Origin: an uncultured Oscillospiraceae bacterium
Lineage (GTDB): Bacteria; Bacillota; Clostridia; Oscillospirales; Oscillospiraceae
Direction: 5' to 3'
Length of the DNA: 64,000 bases
NCBI GenBank assembly: GCA_947599875.1
Contig: CANQFV010000007.1
Location: 11,661-75,660 of the forward strand
In this document: positions 8,403 through 18,186 of the stretch, piece after piece
Position numbering within the stretch: position 1 is the stretch's first letter
Layout of the letters: each line of letters begins with the position of its first letter
Position numbers and translations under genes: made by a program
Notes under the pieces: generated by a model
Seen by the model: the letters and a program-made list of their open reading frames with translations, nothing else
What the model was told of the DNA's origin: nothing
The model's database searches: none

Positions 8403-10301
8403 ATGGATGAGCTGTTAAACGGCGCCAGACTGGTGCTGGACAATATGGGCGCGGCCGCCGCGCTGATGCGCCGGAGGGACGGCGTCTGGGACGCGGACTA
8501 TCTAAACGGCACGGCCCGGAGGATCTTTGACGGCAGGGAGCGCCAGGTCTTCGACGCCATGACGCAGGCCCTGGACGCGGGCCTTGACTCCTGGCGCGGC
8601 CGGCTGTGGGACCGGGCGCTCTCCGCCAGGATCACCTGGTATCCCGGGGGAGAGGCCATTATCCTCCTGCGGGATATCACTGACGATATCCGGGCGCAGC
8701 AGGAGCGGATGGACGCCTCCAAGGCGGCGCTTCAAAGCGCCCTGGACGCGGCCAACGCGGCCAACCGGGCCAAGTCCGACTTCCTTTCCAATATGTCCCA
8801 CGATATCCGCACCCCGTTGAACGCCATTATCGGCATGACCACCATCGCCAAGGCCCACATGGACAAGCCGGAGCGGATCGCCGACTGCCTGGAGAAGATC
8901 GACCTCTCCTCCCGTCACCTGCTGGCGCTGATCAACGACATTCTGGACATGTCCCGGATCGAGAGCGGCAAGATGACCCTGACGCCCGAGGACTTTACGA
9001 TGGCGGACTTTATCCACTCCCTGATGGCCGTGTTCCGGCCCCAGGCGGATAAGAAGAACCAGCGTGTGCTGCTGGATTTTACAGGTATCCGGCACGAGCG
9101 CGTCCGCGGCGATATGCTGCGGATCCAGCAGGTGCTGATCAATATCCTGTCCAACGCCGTGAAATTCACCCCGGAGGAGGGGACCATCTCCCTGACGGTG
9201 CGGGAGACGGGCGCCACCGGCAACGCCGGGAAGAACTACGGCTACTACGAATTCAAGGTCACGGACACCGGCATGGGCATGAGCCGGGAGTTTCTGAAGC
9301 GAATCTTCCAGCCCTTTGAGCGGGCGGGCAACGTCCACCGGATCGAGGGGACGGGCCTTGGCATGACCATCACCCAGAACCTGGTGAAGATGATGAACGG
9401 CGCCATCACCGTGGAGAGCGAGGAGGGGCGCGGTACCTGCTTCACCGTCACCCTGCCCCTGGAGCAGCTGTCCGACAGCGACTGGCAGATGCGGGAGCTT
9501 TCCGGCCTGCGGGTTTTGGCCGCCGAGGTGGACAACTCCAAGGAGAACCTCCGGGAGATCCTCACCGACCTTGGCATGGAGTGCGACATCTGCTCCAGCG
9601 CCTGGGAGGCGATGGATCTGGCGGCCCAGGCCAGGATGGCCGGGAGAGATTACTTCGCCATTATGCTGGGCTGGCGGCTTCCCGCGGTGGACGGCGTGCA
9701 GGCGTGCCGGGAGCTTCGGGCGACCCTGGGCGGCGATATCCCCATCTTCCTCATGTCCGCCTACGAGTGGCCCTACTCCGCCGACGAGATGCGCAAATAC
9801 GGCATCACCGCCTTTATCCCCAAGCCCCTCTTCCGCTCCAGGGTGGGGGAGGCCCTCTACGCCTTCACCGACGCGGGGAAGGCCGGGAGCGGCAAGGACG
9901 CCTCCGCGGGGACGGAGACCTTCAAGGGCACCAGGATCCTTTTGGCGGAGGACAACGAGATAAACCGGGAGATCGGCGTGGAGCTGCTGGAGCTTCTGGG
10001 CGCCGCCACATCCTGCGCCGAGAACGGGAAAGAGGCGCTGGACATGTTCTCCGCCGCCCCGGATCAATATGACCTGATCTTTATGGACATCCAGATGCCG
10101 GTGATGGACGGCCTCACTGCGGCCAGGGCCATACGGGCCTTGAACACGCCGGAGAGCCGCCGGATCCCCATCGTCGCCATGAGCGCCAACGCCTTTGTGG
10201 AGGACATTATGGCCTCCGAGCGGGCGGGCATGAACGCCCACGTCCCCAAGCCCGTGAGCCTGGAGGCCCTCAGCGACGTGATGAGGAAATGCCTGAAATA
10301 G
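8403..10301 (+). CDS. hybrid sensor histidine kinase/response regulator (cytoplasmic, two receiver domains)
   Basis: H-box SNMSHDIRTPLNAIIG, HATPase G-boxes (DTGMGM, GTGLGM), then two REC domains (second: ILLAEDNEINR...IFMDIQMPVMDG). Confidence 0.9.
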   Translation: MDELLNGARLVLDNMGAAAALMRRRDGVWDADYLNGTARRIFDGRERQVFDAMTQALDAGLDSWRGRLWDRALSARITWYPGGEAIILLRDITDDIRAQQERMDASKAALQSALDAANAANRAKSDFLSNMSHDIRTPLNAIIGMTTIAKAHMDKPERIADCLEKIDLSSRHLLALINDILDMSRIESGKMTLTPEDFTMADFIHSLMAVFRPQADKKNQRVLLDFTGIRHERVRGDMLRIQQVLINILSNAVKFTPEEGTISLTVRETGATGNAGKNYGYYEFKVTDTGMGMSREFLKRIFQPFERAGNVHRIEGTGLGMTITQNLVKMMNGAITVESEEGRGTCFTVTLPLEQLSDSDWQMRELSGLRVLAAEVDNSKENLREILTDLGMECDICSSAWEAMDLAAQARMAGRDYFAIMLGWRLPAVDGVQACRELRATLGGDIPIFLMSAYEWPYSADEMRKYGITAFIPKPLFRSRVGEALYAFTDAGKAGSGKDASAGTETFKGTRILLAEDNEINREIGVELLELLGAATSCAENGKEALDMFSAAPDQYDLIFMDIQMPVMDGLTAARAIRALNTPESRRIPIVAMSANAFVEDIMASERAGMNAHVPKPVSLEALSDVMRKCLK

Positions 10302-10337
10302 ACGCCCCTGCGGCGGGAGACGGGAGGAGGCCGGAAG

Positions 10338-12194
10338 ATGAGACAGTACCAGACGGAATATCTTGAGCTGCTGAGCCGGCTCAGCGCCTCCGCGCCCCGG
10401 GCGGAGGACATGGACGCCGAGACCTTCACCCGCCAGGCGGAGAAGGAGAACCGGATGAAGCGGGAGGCCGTGGAGAGGGGCACCGCCCTTCTGCGCCAAT
10501 GGCTCTTCCCCGTGCTGGACGACATCCTCTCCGCCGGCGAAGAGGAGATCGGGGAGCTTTACGAATTCGCCGGGAAGCTGATGAGCGGCACGGAGCAGCG
10601 GGATGTGGGCCTGCACTACAGGATCCACCTGGCGCTGGTGGAATATGCCCGCCACAAGGGACTTCGGGACATGCTGATCCGGGAGCTTTACCTTGTGGGG
10701 ATGTCCCTCTTTAACTTTGAGAACATGCTCAGCCCCAACGAAATCCGGCTTTTCCGGACGAGAATGAGGATGTGTTTTGCCGAGGCGGCCTCCTACTTTG
10801 AAAAGGGATACGACGACATCACCGACCCGGAGACCCGGGGCTATATCCACCGGAGCATGGGCAACATCGCCCTGGCCTACGACGGCAAGAAGAAAGAGAG
10901 CGCCGAGGAGAAGCTCCGGGTCATAAGACGCTCCATCAACATCCTGACCGACCCCGACATCCGGGCCAAGACGCCGGAGCTGCCCTGGGATCTGTATCTC
11001 TATAAGAGCCACCAGGAGTGTACGACCCTTCTGACCTTCCTGCGCTCCGGAAACGCCGGGCCTGAGGCCTTCGCCCAGGTGATGGACTCCGCCCAGACGG
11101 TGCAGGAGCGCCAGCTCAAGGCCGCCAGAGAGCGGGGGGAACCCCTCCAGCCCAGGTGGCAGTACGCCTATATGGCCGCCAGATACCACTGCGGGGCCAT
11201 GCTCCTGCCGGAGCTTTTGGAGGGGATCTACGCCCTGACCCTCTCCGTGCCGGAGGACACCTTCGACGCCCAGGCGATGTTTGCCCGGATCGGCGCCCCG
11301 GCGACTTATATGGCGTACTCCAAGCAGCTGGAGAGCGGCAAATACGACGGGCGGGTGGCTGTGCGCGTCCGCCGGATGACAGACAGAATGCTCACCTGGC
11401 TGTCCCACGCCCCTTACAGCGAGAACGACGAACTGATGATGTTCTATCTGCGCCAGTTTTTATACGCCTACCGGGAGCTTCCCGGGGGCATCTCCTTCTA
11501 TGAGCTGGTGCAGGATATTTTTGCCATGCGGTATGAGTCTGGCTTCCTGCGGATGTTTATCACCGGCCAGATCGCGGCCATGCTCACCCGGTGGGCGGTT
11601 CGGGACTGCCCGGGGAAGCTGGTGGGACTCCCCGGGATCGAGAGGCCGGAGGACGCGGCGGAGCGAAGCGGGGAGATCGCCGAGTTCGCCTGCCGCTCCG
11701 GGCGGCTCTACGACGCGGGGATGGTCCACTTCTTCCGGTTCGAGTCCGCGGCGCCCAGGGGGCTTTTTGAGGAGGAGGAGGCCATTCTCCGGCTCCACGC
11801 CTACTGCGGGGCGGAGCTTTTGCGAACCCACGGCTCCACGGCCATTTACGCGGATATCGCCCTGGGCCACCACCTGAGCTACGACGAGAAGAGCGGCTTC
11901 CCGGTGGATTTCTCCCCCAAGGAGTCCCCCGTTCGGCCCATGCTCTACATCATCTCCGCCGCCGACGCCATAGCCTCCGTGTTTCAGGAGACAGCCAGCC
12001 GCTATAGGCCGGCCAGGAGCCTGGATGAGGCGCTGGAGGAACTCAGACGCGGCTCCGGCACGGTGTACGCCCCCTTTGTGGTGGAGCTTCTGACGCCGGA
12101 GAGCCGCCGGGAGGAGCTGCGCCGGGAGCTGGGGGGTATGCTGGATCAGGCGTTTTTGGACATGTACCGCCGTCGAAAGGGGAGAGAGGAATAA
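10338..12194 (+). CDS. HD-GYP-like domain protein (degenerate motif)
   Basis: The C-terminal GHHLSYDEKSGFP resembles HHE..DG.GYP. Long helical N-terminal region. Adjacent to the hybrid kinase. Confidence 0.65.
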   Translation: MRQYQTEYLELLSRLSASAPRAEDMDAETFTRQAEKENRMKREAVERGTALLRQWLFPVLDDILSAGEEEIGELYEFAGKLMSGTEQRDVGLHYRIHLALVEYARHKGLRDMLIRELYLVGMSLFNFENMLSPNEIRLFRTRMRMCFAEAASYFEKGYDDITDPETRGYIHRSMGNIALAYDGKKKESAEEKLRVIRRSINILTDPDIRAKTPELPWDLYLYKSHQECTTLLTFLRSGNAGPEAFAQVMDSAQTVQERQLKAARERGEPLQPRWQYAYMAARYHCGAMLLPELLEGIYALTLSVPEDTFDAQAMFARIGAPATYMAYSKQLESGKYDGRVAVRVRRMTDRMLTWLSHAPYSENDELMMFYLRQFLYAYRELPGGISFYELVQDIFAMRYESGFLRMFITGQIAAMLTRWAVRDCPGKLVGLPGIERPEDAAERSGEIAEFACRSGRLYDAGMVHFFRFESAAPRGLFEEEEAILRLHAYCGAELLRTHGSTAIYADIALGHHLSYDEKSGFPVDFSPKESPVRPMLYIISAADAIASVFQETASRYRPARSLDEALEELRRGSGTVYAPFVVELLTPESRREELRRELGGMLDQAFLDMYRRRKGREE

Positions 12195-12462
12195 GATCGG
12201 ACGGTCTCTCTAAAGCGGGGGTTCTTCGGGGAAGGAAGCTTACGTCGGGCTTCTTCGTGCAGATGGCGGACACCTTTCCGTTCGTCGAAAATGATGAGTA
12301 TAAGGAATTTTTGGAGGAGCTGAAGGAGTACGTCCGGCGGCGGACGCCTCCCGCCGGCCAGGGCACGCTGTTACGGCCGGAATGAGGATTTTTGGCTGGA
12401 TCCGATAAAACGGGGGAACCTAAGGGAAGGACCCCGATAGACCGATAAAAGGAGGAGACGAT

Positions 12463-13899
12463 TTGTACGACGTTTTGATCATTGGATGCGGCGTGGTGGG
12501 CGCCGCTACGGCGATGGAGCTTTCCCGGTACAAGCTGTCCGTGGCTGTGGCGGAGCGGGAAAACGACGTGGCCGTGGGGACGACAAAGGCCAACTCGGCC
12601 ATTCTTCACGCCGGTTACGACCCCAAGCCCGGGACGGTCATGGCGCGGTTGAACGTGCGCGGCTCTCAGCTGGCGGCGGAGTACTGCCAAAAGCTGGATG
12701 TACCCTACCGGCGCTGCGGATCAATGGTGCTGGCCTTCTCGGAGAGGGACATGGAGACGCTGGGCGTCCTCCTGGATCGGGGGAACCGGAACGGCGTTCC
12801 GGGCCTGCGCATCCTCACCGGGGATGAGGCCCGGCAGATGGAGCCGGAGCTTGCGGACACGGTTCTGGGGGCGCTGTGGGCGCCCACGGCGGCCATCGTC
12901 TCCCCCTGGGAGCTGTGCCTGGCCCTGGCGGAGACGGCCGTCAAAAATGGGGCTGAGCTGAAGCTCTGCACAGCCGTCACGGGCCTGGAGAGGGCGGAGG
13001 ACCACTGGAGAATTCATACAAACCGGGGCATTTTGGAGGCCAGGTATGTGGTGAACGCCGCGGGCGTGGACTCCGACACCGTCCACGATATGGCGGCGCC
13101 GCACGATTTTGACATACGGCCCAGCCGCGGGGAGTATTATCTGCTGGACAAGGCCGAGGGGGGCAGGGTCAACACCGTGGTGTTCCAGTGCCCGTCGGAG
13201 AAGGGAAAGGGCGTCCTTGTTTCCCCCACCGTCCACGGGAATCTCATCGTGGGGCCAAACGCGGAGGCGTCCCCCAAGCACGACGAGTCCACCACCGCCG
13301 GGGGACTGGATTTTGTCCGGGAGACGGCCAAGCTGTCCGTGCCGGGCGTAAATTTCGGCCAATCCATCCGGAATTTCGCGGGGGTCCGGGCCAACGCCGG
13401 GCTGGACGATTTTATCATCCGCATAGCCGCCCCGGGATTTCTGGATCTGGCGGGCATCTGCTCGCCGGGCCTGACCTCCGCCCCCGCCATCGGGGAGTAC
13501 GCGGCGGAGCTTTTGCAGGGGGACGGCCTGCGCCTTGAGAAGAAGGAGCATTTTGAATTCCACCGCCGGAGGATCCGGTTTAAGGAGCTGGACGAGGAGA
13601 GCCGCCGGGAGCTGGTGAGCCGGGACCCCGCCTACGGGCGGGTGATCTGCCGGTGCGAGACGGTGACGGAGGGGGAGATCCTGGCCTGCTTCCACACGCC
13701 CATCCCGCCCGTCTCCGTGGACGGGGTGAAGCGCCGCACAAACGCCGGAATGGGCCGGTGCCAGGGGGGCTTCTGCGCCCCCAGGGTGGTGGAGCTGCTG
13801 TCCAGGGAGCTGAACGTCCCCGCCGGGGAGATCGTCAAAGACCGGGCGGGCATGAAGATTCTTTTTGAGGAGACGAAGGAGGTGCGCGGCGATGTATGA
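12463..13899 (+). CDS. FAD-dependent oxidoreductase (glycerol-3-phosphate/L-2-hydroxyglutarate oxidase-like) with BFD-like 2Fe-2S domain
   Basis: TTG start after AAAGGAGGAG. YDVLIIGCGVVGAA dinucleotide fold. C-terminal CRCE...GMGRCQGGFC. Confidence 0.85.
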   Translation: MYDVLIIGCGVVGAATAMELSRYKLSVAVAERENDVAVGTTKANSAILHAGYDPKPGTVMARLNVRGSQLAAEYCQKLDVPYRRCGSMVLAFSERDMETLGVLLDRGNRNGVPGLRILTGDEARQMEPELADTVLGALWAPTAAIVSPWELCLALAETAVKNGAELKLCTAVTGLERAEDHWRIHTNRGILEARYVVNAAGVDSDTVHDMAAPHDFDIRPSRGEYYLLDKAEGGRVNTVVFQCPSEKGKGVLVSPTVHGNLIVGPNAEASPKHDESTTAGGLDFVRETAKLSVPGVNFGQSIRNFAGVRANAGLDDFIIRIAAPGFLDLAGICSPGLTSAPAIGEYAAELLQGDGLRLEKKEHFEFHRRRIRFKELDEESRRELVSRDPAYGRVICRCETVTEGEILACFHTPIPPVSVDGVKRRTNAGMGRCQGGFCAPRVVELLSRELNVPAGEIVKDRAGMKILFEETKEVRGDV

Positions 13900-15145
13900 G
13901 CTGATCGTCATCGGGGGAGGCCCCGCGGGCCTGGCCGCCGCGTGTGAGGCGTGGGACGCGGGCCTCCGCCGGATCCTCATCGTGGAGCGGGACAAGACCC
14001 TGGGCGGCATCCTGAATCAGTGCATCCACAACGGCTTCGGCCTCACCTACTTCAAGGAGGAGCTGACAGGCCCGGAGTATGCCCACCGGTTCACCCAGCT
14101 TCTGGCAAAGACCGGCGTTGAGGTGCGCACGGACACGATGGTTCTCCGGATCACACCGGACAGGCGCGTCCATATGACCGGGCCGTCCTGCGGCTACCGG
14201 ATCGAGGAGGCATCGTCCGTGATCCTGGCGATGGGCTGCCGGGAGCGGACACGGGGGGCCATCGGCGTCCCTGGGGCGCGGCCGGCAGGCGTTTTCACCG
14301 CCGGGGCCGCCCAGAGATATGTAAATGTGGAGGGCTGGATGCCGGGCAAACGGGTGGTCATCCTGGGCTCCGGCGACATCGGCCTCATTATGGCGCGCCG
14401 CATGACGCTGGAGGGGGCGAAGGTTCTGGCCTGTGTGGAGGTGATGCCCTATTCCGGCGGCCTCACCCGGAATATCGTCCAGTGCCTGGAGGACTACAAG
14501 ATCCCCCTCTACCTCTCCCACACCGTGACGGATGTGCTTGGCCGCGACCGGGTGGAGAAGGTCATTGTCAGCCGGGTGGATGAGAACCGCCGCCCCATAC
14601 CCGGCACGGAGATGGAATTTGCGTGCGACACCCTGCTCCTCTCCGTGGGGCTGATCCCGGAGAACGAGCTGACCGCGGCCGCCGGGATCCGGATGGATCC
14701 CCGGACGAAGGGCGCGGCGGTGTACGAGAATATGGAGACGAGCCTGCCGGGTGTTTTCGCCTGCGGGAATGTGGCCCACGTCCACGACCTGGTGGACTAT
14801 GTGACCCGGGAGAGCCAGCGCGCCGGCGCCGCCGCCGCCAGGTTCGTCCTGAACGGCCCCGCGGCGGGGGAGGAGATCCCCGTTGAAAACGGCCCGGGCG
14901 TCAGCTACACGGTGCCCCAGCGGGTGAGACCGGAAAATGTGGACAAGAGCCTGGGCATTTTCTTCCGCGTCAACCGGATCTTCGGAAGATCCCGGATCTG
15001 CGTGGAGGCGGAGGGCAGGGAGGTGTGCGGTTTCGACCGGGAGCGTATGGCCCCGGGCGAGATGGAGTCCGTCACGGTGCCCAAGAAGCTCCTTGCGGGC
15101 GTCAAGGGCGGCCTGACCGTATCCGTCAGGGAGGTGGAGAAATGA
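13892..15145 (+). CDS. pyridine nucleotide-disulfide (FAD/NAD(P)-binding) oxidoreductase
   Basis: MYELIVIGGGPAGLAAA and VVILGSGDIGL folds. The start overlaps the upstream stop by 8 nt. Confidence 0.85.
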   Translation: MYELIVIGGGPAGLAAACEAWDAGLRRILIVERDKTLGGILNQCIHNGFGLTYFKEELTGPEYAHRFTQLLAKTGVEVRTDTMVLRITPDRRVHMTGPSCGYRIEEASSVILAMGCRERTRGAIGVPGARPAGVFTAGAAQRYVNVEGWMPGKRVVILGSGDIGLIMARRMTLEGAKVLACVEVMPYSGGLTRNIVQCLEDYKIPLYLSHTVTDVLGRDRVEKVIVSRVDENRRPIPGTEMEFACDTLLLSVGLIPENELTAAAGIRMDPRTKGAAVYENMETSLPGVFACGNVAHVHDLVDYVTRESQRAGAAAARFVLNGPAAGEEIPVENGPGVSYTVPQRVRPENVDKSLGIFFRVNRIFGRSRICVEAEGREVCGFDRERMAPGEMESVTVPKKLLAGVKGGLTVSVREVEK

Positions 15146-15498
15146 GAGAGCTTGTCTGTATCGTCTGCCCCCGGGGCTGTCACCTGAAGATCGACGACAG
15201 CCTGAACGTCACGGGGAACGCCTGCCCCCGCGGGGAGGCTTACGCCAGGGCGGAGACCACGCACCCCACCCGGGTCGTCACCAGCACGGTGCGCCTTGTG
15301 GGGGGACAGATCCCCCGCCTGCCGGTGAAAACCGGCGCACCCGTGCCCAAGGAGCTGATCGGCTCCGTCATGGCGGAGCTTTCCCGGGTGACAGTCACCG
15401 CCCCGGTGAAGGTGGGGGACGTGGTGATCTCCGACGTTCTGGGGACCGGCGCGGATGTGGTGGCCACCAGGGAGATCCCGGAGACGGTAAAAATCTGA
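15142..15498 (+). CDS. DUF1667 domain protein (third subunit of the oxidoreductase cluster)
   Basis: MRELVCIVCPRGCHL...GNACPRG. ATGA start/stop overlap with the upstream gene. Confidence 0.8.
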   Translation: MRELVCIVCPRGCHLKIDDSLNVTGNACPRGEAYARAETTHPTRVVTSTVRLVGGQIPRLPVKTGAPVPKELIGSVMAELSRVTVTAPVKVGDVVISDVLGTGADVVATREIPETVKI

Positions 15499-15506
15499 TT
15501 ACGGAT

Positions 15507-16358
15507 GTGAATAGAATGAAAATAAAGATCACGGCGGACAGCACCTGCGATTTGTCGGAGGAGCTGATCCGGAAAAACAACATCACCGTCACCCCCCTGA
15601 CCGTCAGCTGCGCCGGGGAGAGCTACAAAGACGGGGTGGACATCACTCCCGATGAGCTGTATAAGAAGATCGGGGAGACCGGGCAGCTGGGCACCACGGC
15701 GGCGGTCAACGTCCAGGACTATCTGGATGTGTTCGGGGAGCTTTTGAAGGAGTACGACGCCATCGTCCATTTTACCATCAGTGCCCAGATGTCCGCCTGC
15801 TACCAGAACGCCTGCATCGCCGCCCAGGAGCTGGGGCGGGTGTATGTGGTGGACAGCCGCAACCTGTCCACCGGTATCGGGCACCTGGTGCTGGACGCCT
15901 GCGAGATGGCCGCCCAGGGTATCCCGGCCCAGGAGATCAAGAGCCGCCTTGACGAAAAGCGGGAGAAGCTGGACGTGAGCTTCGTGGTGGACACCCTGGA
16001 GTACCTGCGCCGCGGCGGCCGCTGTACCGCCCTGGCCGCCCTGGGGGCCAATCTTCTGAAGCTGCACCCGTGCATCTATGTGAAGGACGGGGCAATGGGC
16101 GTGGGGAAGAAGTACCGGGGCCGGCTGGAGACCTGCATCGAGGGCTACATACGCGACAAGCTCTCCGACCCCTCCACCCTGGAGCTTGGCCGCATCTTCA
16201 TCACCGACTCCGGCGTCAGCGAGGAGTGCCGCGCCGCGGCGGAGAGGGTGGTTCGGGAGATGGCCCCCTTCCGGGAGATCATCCACACCCGCGCCGGCTG
16301 TACCGTCTCCTCCCACTGCGGCCCGGGGACGCTGGGGATCCTCTTTTACAGAAAGTGA
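15507..16358 (+). CDS. DegV family fatty-acid-binding protein
   Basis: KIKITADSTCDL N-terminus, about 280 aa, typical DegV layout. Confidence 0.88.
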   Translation: MNRMKIKITADSTCDLSEELIRKNNITVTPLTVSCAGESYKDGVDITPDELYKKIGETGQLGTTAAVNVQDYLDVFGELLKEYDAIVHFTISAQMSACYQNACIAAQELGRVYVVDSRNLSTGIGHLVLDACEMAAQGIPAQEIKSRLDEKREKLDVSFVVDTLEYLRRGGRCTALAALGANLLKLHPCIYVKDGAMGVGKKYRGRLETCIEGYIRDKLSDPSTLELGRIFITDSGVSEECRAAAERVVREMAPFREIIHTRAGCTVSSHCGPGTLGILFYRK

Positions 16359-16371
16359 CCGAAAACGCCCC

Positions 16372-16410
16372 GATCCCGCCTGAGAGTCTACCTCCGGGCG
16401 GGATCTTTTT
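16372..16410 (+). terminator. rho-independent terminator after degV
   Basis: GATCCCGCC...GGCGGGATC followed by TTTTT. Confidence 0.7.
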
Positions 16411-16486
16411 GACAAAAACCGCTCCGGAAGTCCCCGTTTTTTCCGGGCGGAGACCGGCGCCGCTATCCGATACGCCGGATTCTTGG

Positions 16487-16536
16487 ACAAAAATTTACGA
16501 AATTTTGTTGCTTTTTTACACACATCCATTTATAAT
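16487..16536 (+). promoter_or_regulatory. candidate ara-operon promoter with overlapping palindromic operator
   Basis: Palindrome ACAAAAATTTACGAAATTTTGT (16487-16508). TTGCTT (16508-16513), 17 nt, TATAAT (16531-16536). Confidence 0.35.
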
Positions 16537-16583
16537 GAAGGAAATATAAGAAATCTTCAAAATATTTAAAAGGAGGCTAAACT

Positions 16584-18065
16584 ATGGATATGAAAACAAA
16601 GGAATTTTGGTTCGTTGTGGGCAGCCAGTTCCTCTATGGCCCGGAGGTTCTGGACACCGTGGCGTCCCGCGCCGCCGAGATGGCGGAGTGGATGAACGCC
16701 TCCGGCGTTCTGCCCTGCAAAATCGTGTATAAGGCCACGGTCAAGACCGACGGGGAGATCACAAAGACCATGAAGACCGCCAACGCCGACGACGCCTGCG
16801 CCGGGATCATCACCTGGTGCCACACCTTCTCCCCCAGCAAGATGTGGATCCACGGCTTTGACCTTTTACAGAAGCCCTACTGCCATCTGGCCACCCAGTA
16901 TAACCGGAACATCCCCAATCTGGAGATCGACATGGACTTTATGAACCTGAACCAGGCTGCCCACGGCGACAGGGAGCATGGGTTCATCGGGGCGCGGATG
17001 CGCCTGCCCAGGAAGATCATCGCCGGTTACTGGCAGGATAAGCCGGTTTTGGAGGAGCTGGCCGCCTGGATGCGCTCCGCCATCGGCTACGCCTTCTCCC
17101 ACGAGCTGAAGGTCATCCGCTTCGGGGACAACATGCGGGAGGTGGCCGTCACCGAGGGGGACAAGGTGGAGACCCACATCAAGCTGGGCTGGCAGGTGGA
17201 TTACTGGCCCGTGGGACACCTGACGGAGACGATGGACGCGGTGACTCCGGCCGAGGTGGATGCCAAGATGGCCGAGTACGAGAGCCGCTATATCATGGAT
17301 ACCGACGACACGCAGACTGTCCGCTATCAGGCCAGGGAGGAAGTGGCCATGCGGAAGATCCTGAGCCGGGAGGGGGCCTGCGCCTTCTCCAACAACTTCC
17401 AGGACCTCTACGGTATGAGGCAGCTGCCGGGCCTGGCCACCCAGAACATGATGGCCGACGGGTGCGGCTACGGCGGCGAGGGGGACTGGAAGACCGCCGG
17501 TATGACGGCTATTATGAAGGCGATGGGCCAGGGGCTGCCCGGCGGCACCGCCTTCATGGAGGACTATACATACGATCTGGAGCCGGGGGAGGAGGTATCT
17601 CTGGGCGCCCACATGCTGGAGGTGTGCCCCTCCATCGCCGCGGATAAGCCCCGGATCCAGGTTCACCCCCTGGGTATCGGCGACCGGGAACCGCCCGCCA
17701 GGCTGGTGTTTGAGGGGAAGGAGGGCCCCGGCATCGTCTGCACCCTCATCGACATGGGCGGCAGGCTGCGCCTTCTCATCCAGGATATCCAGGTCATCAA
17801 GCCCATCTGCGAGATGCCCAATCTCCCGGTGGCCAGGGTCATGTGGAAGGCCATGCCCGACCTTCTCACCGGCGTGAAGTGCTGGATCATGGCGGGCGGC
17901 GCCCACCACACCGTCCTCAGTACCGCCGTCACCGCCCAGATGATGATTGACTGGGCGCGGATGATGGAGATCGAGTGCGTCCACATCACCAAGGACACGA
18001 AGCCCGAGGAGTTGGAGAAGGAGCTTTTCTACAACGACATCGCCTGGAAGCTGAAGAATATCTGA
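16584..18065 (+). CDS. araA: L-arabinose isomerase
   Basis: 493 aa. EFWFVVGSQFLYGPE N-terminus typical of AraA. AAAGGAGG RBS. Confidence 0.92.
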   Translation: MDMKTKEFWFVVGSQFLYGPEVLDTVASRAAEMAEWMNASGVLPCKIVYKATVKTDGEITKTMKTANADDACAGIITWCHTFSPSKMWIHGFDLLQKPYCHLATQYNRNIPNLEIDMDFMNLNQAAHGDREHGFIGARMRLPRKIIAGYWQDKPVLEELAAWMRSAIGYAFSHELKVIRFGDNMREVAVTEGDKVETHIKLGWQVDYWPVGHLTETMDAVTPAEVDAKMAEYESRYIMDTDDTQTVRYQAREEVAMRKILSREGACAFSNNFQDLYGMRQLPGLATQNMMADGCGYGGEGDWKTAGMTAIMKAMGQGLPGGTAFMEDYTYDLEPGEEVSLGAHMLEVCPSIAADKPRIQVHPLGIGDREPPARLVFEGKEGPGIVCTLIDMGGRLRLLIQDIQVIKPICEMPNLPVARVMWKAMPDLLTGVKCWIMAGGAHHTVLSTAVTAQMMIDWARMMEIECVHITKDTKPEELEKELFYNDIAWKLKNI

Positions 18066-18186
18066 GGATAACCGAGACACCGGCCGTGGAGGGATCTCCC
18101 TCCGCGGCCTGAGCCGTGGGGCGGACAGGGAGACCTGCGCCCATCGCCCCGTGACCGGGGAAGAAACGAATAAGGGAGGTAAGCCT

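Noticed and set aside
8502-11408. 968-aa minus-strand ORF spanning the histidine kinase and HD-GYP-like genes
   Set aside because: It is a shadow ORF typical of high-GC DNA. Its translation is Gly/Arg/Pro/His/Leu-rich low complexity with no motifs, while the plus strand encodes proteins with clear HisKA/HATPase/REC signatures.
12263-12385. 40-aa ORF MADTFPFVENDEYKEFLEELKEYVRRRTPPAGQGTLLRPE in the spacer before the FAD oxidoreductase gene
   Set aside because: It has no RBS, is too short to evaluate and looks like the C-terminal remnant of a lost gene. It cannot be supported from sequence alone.
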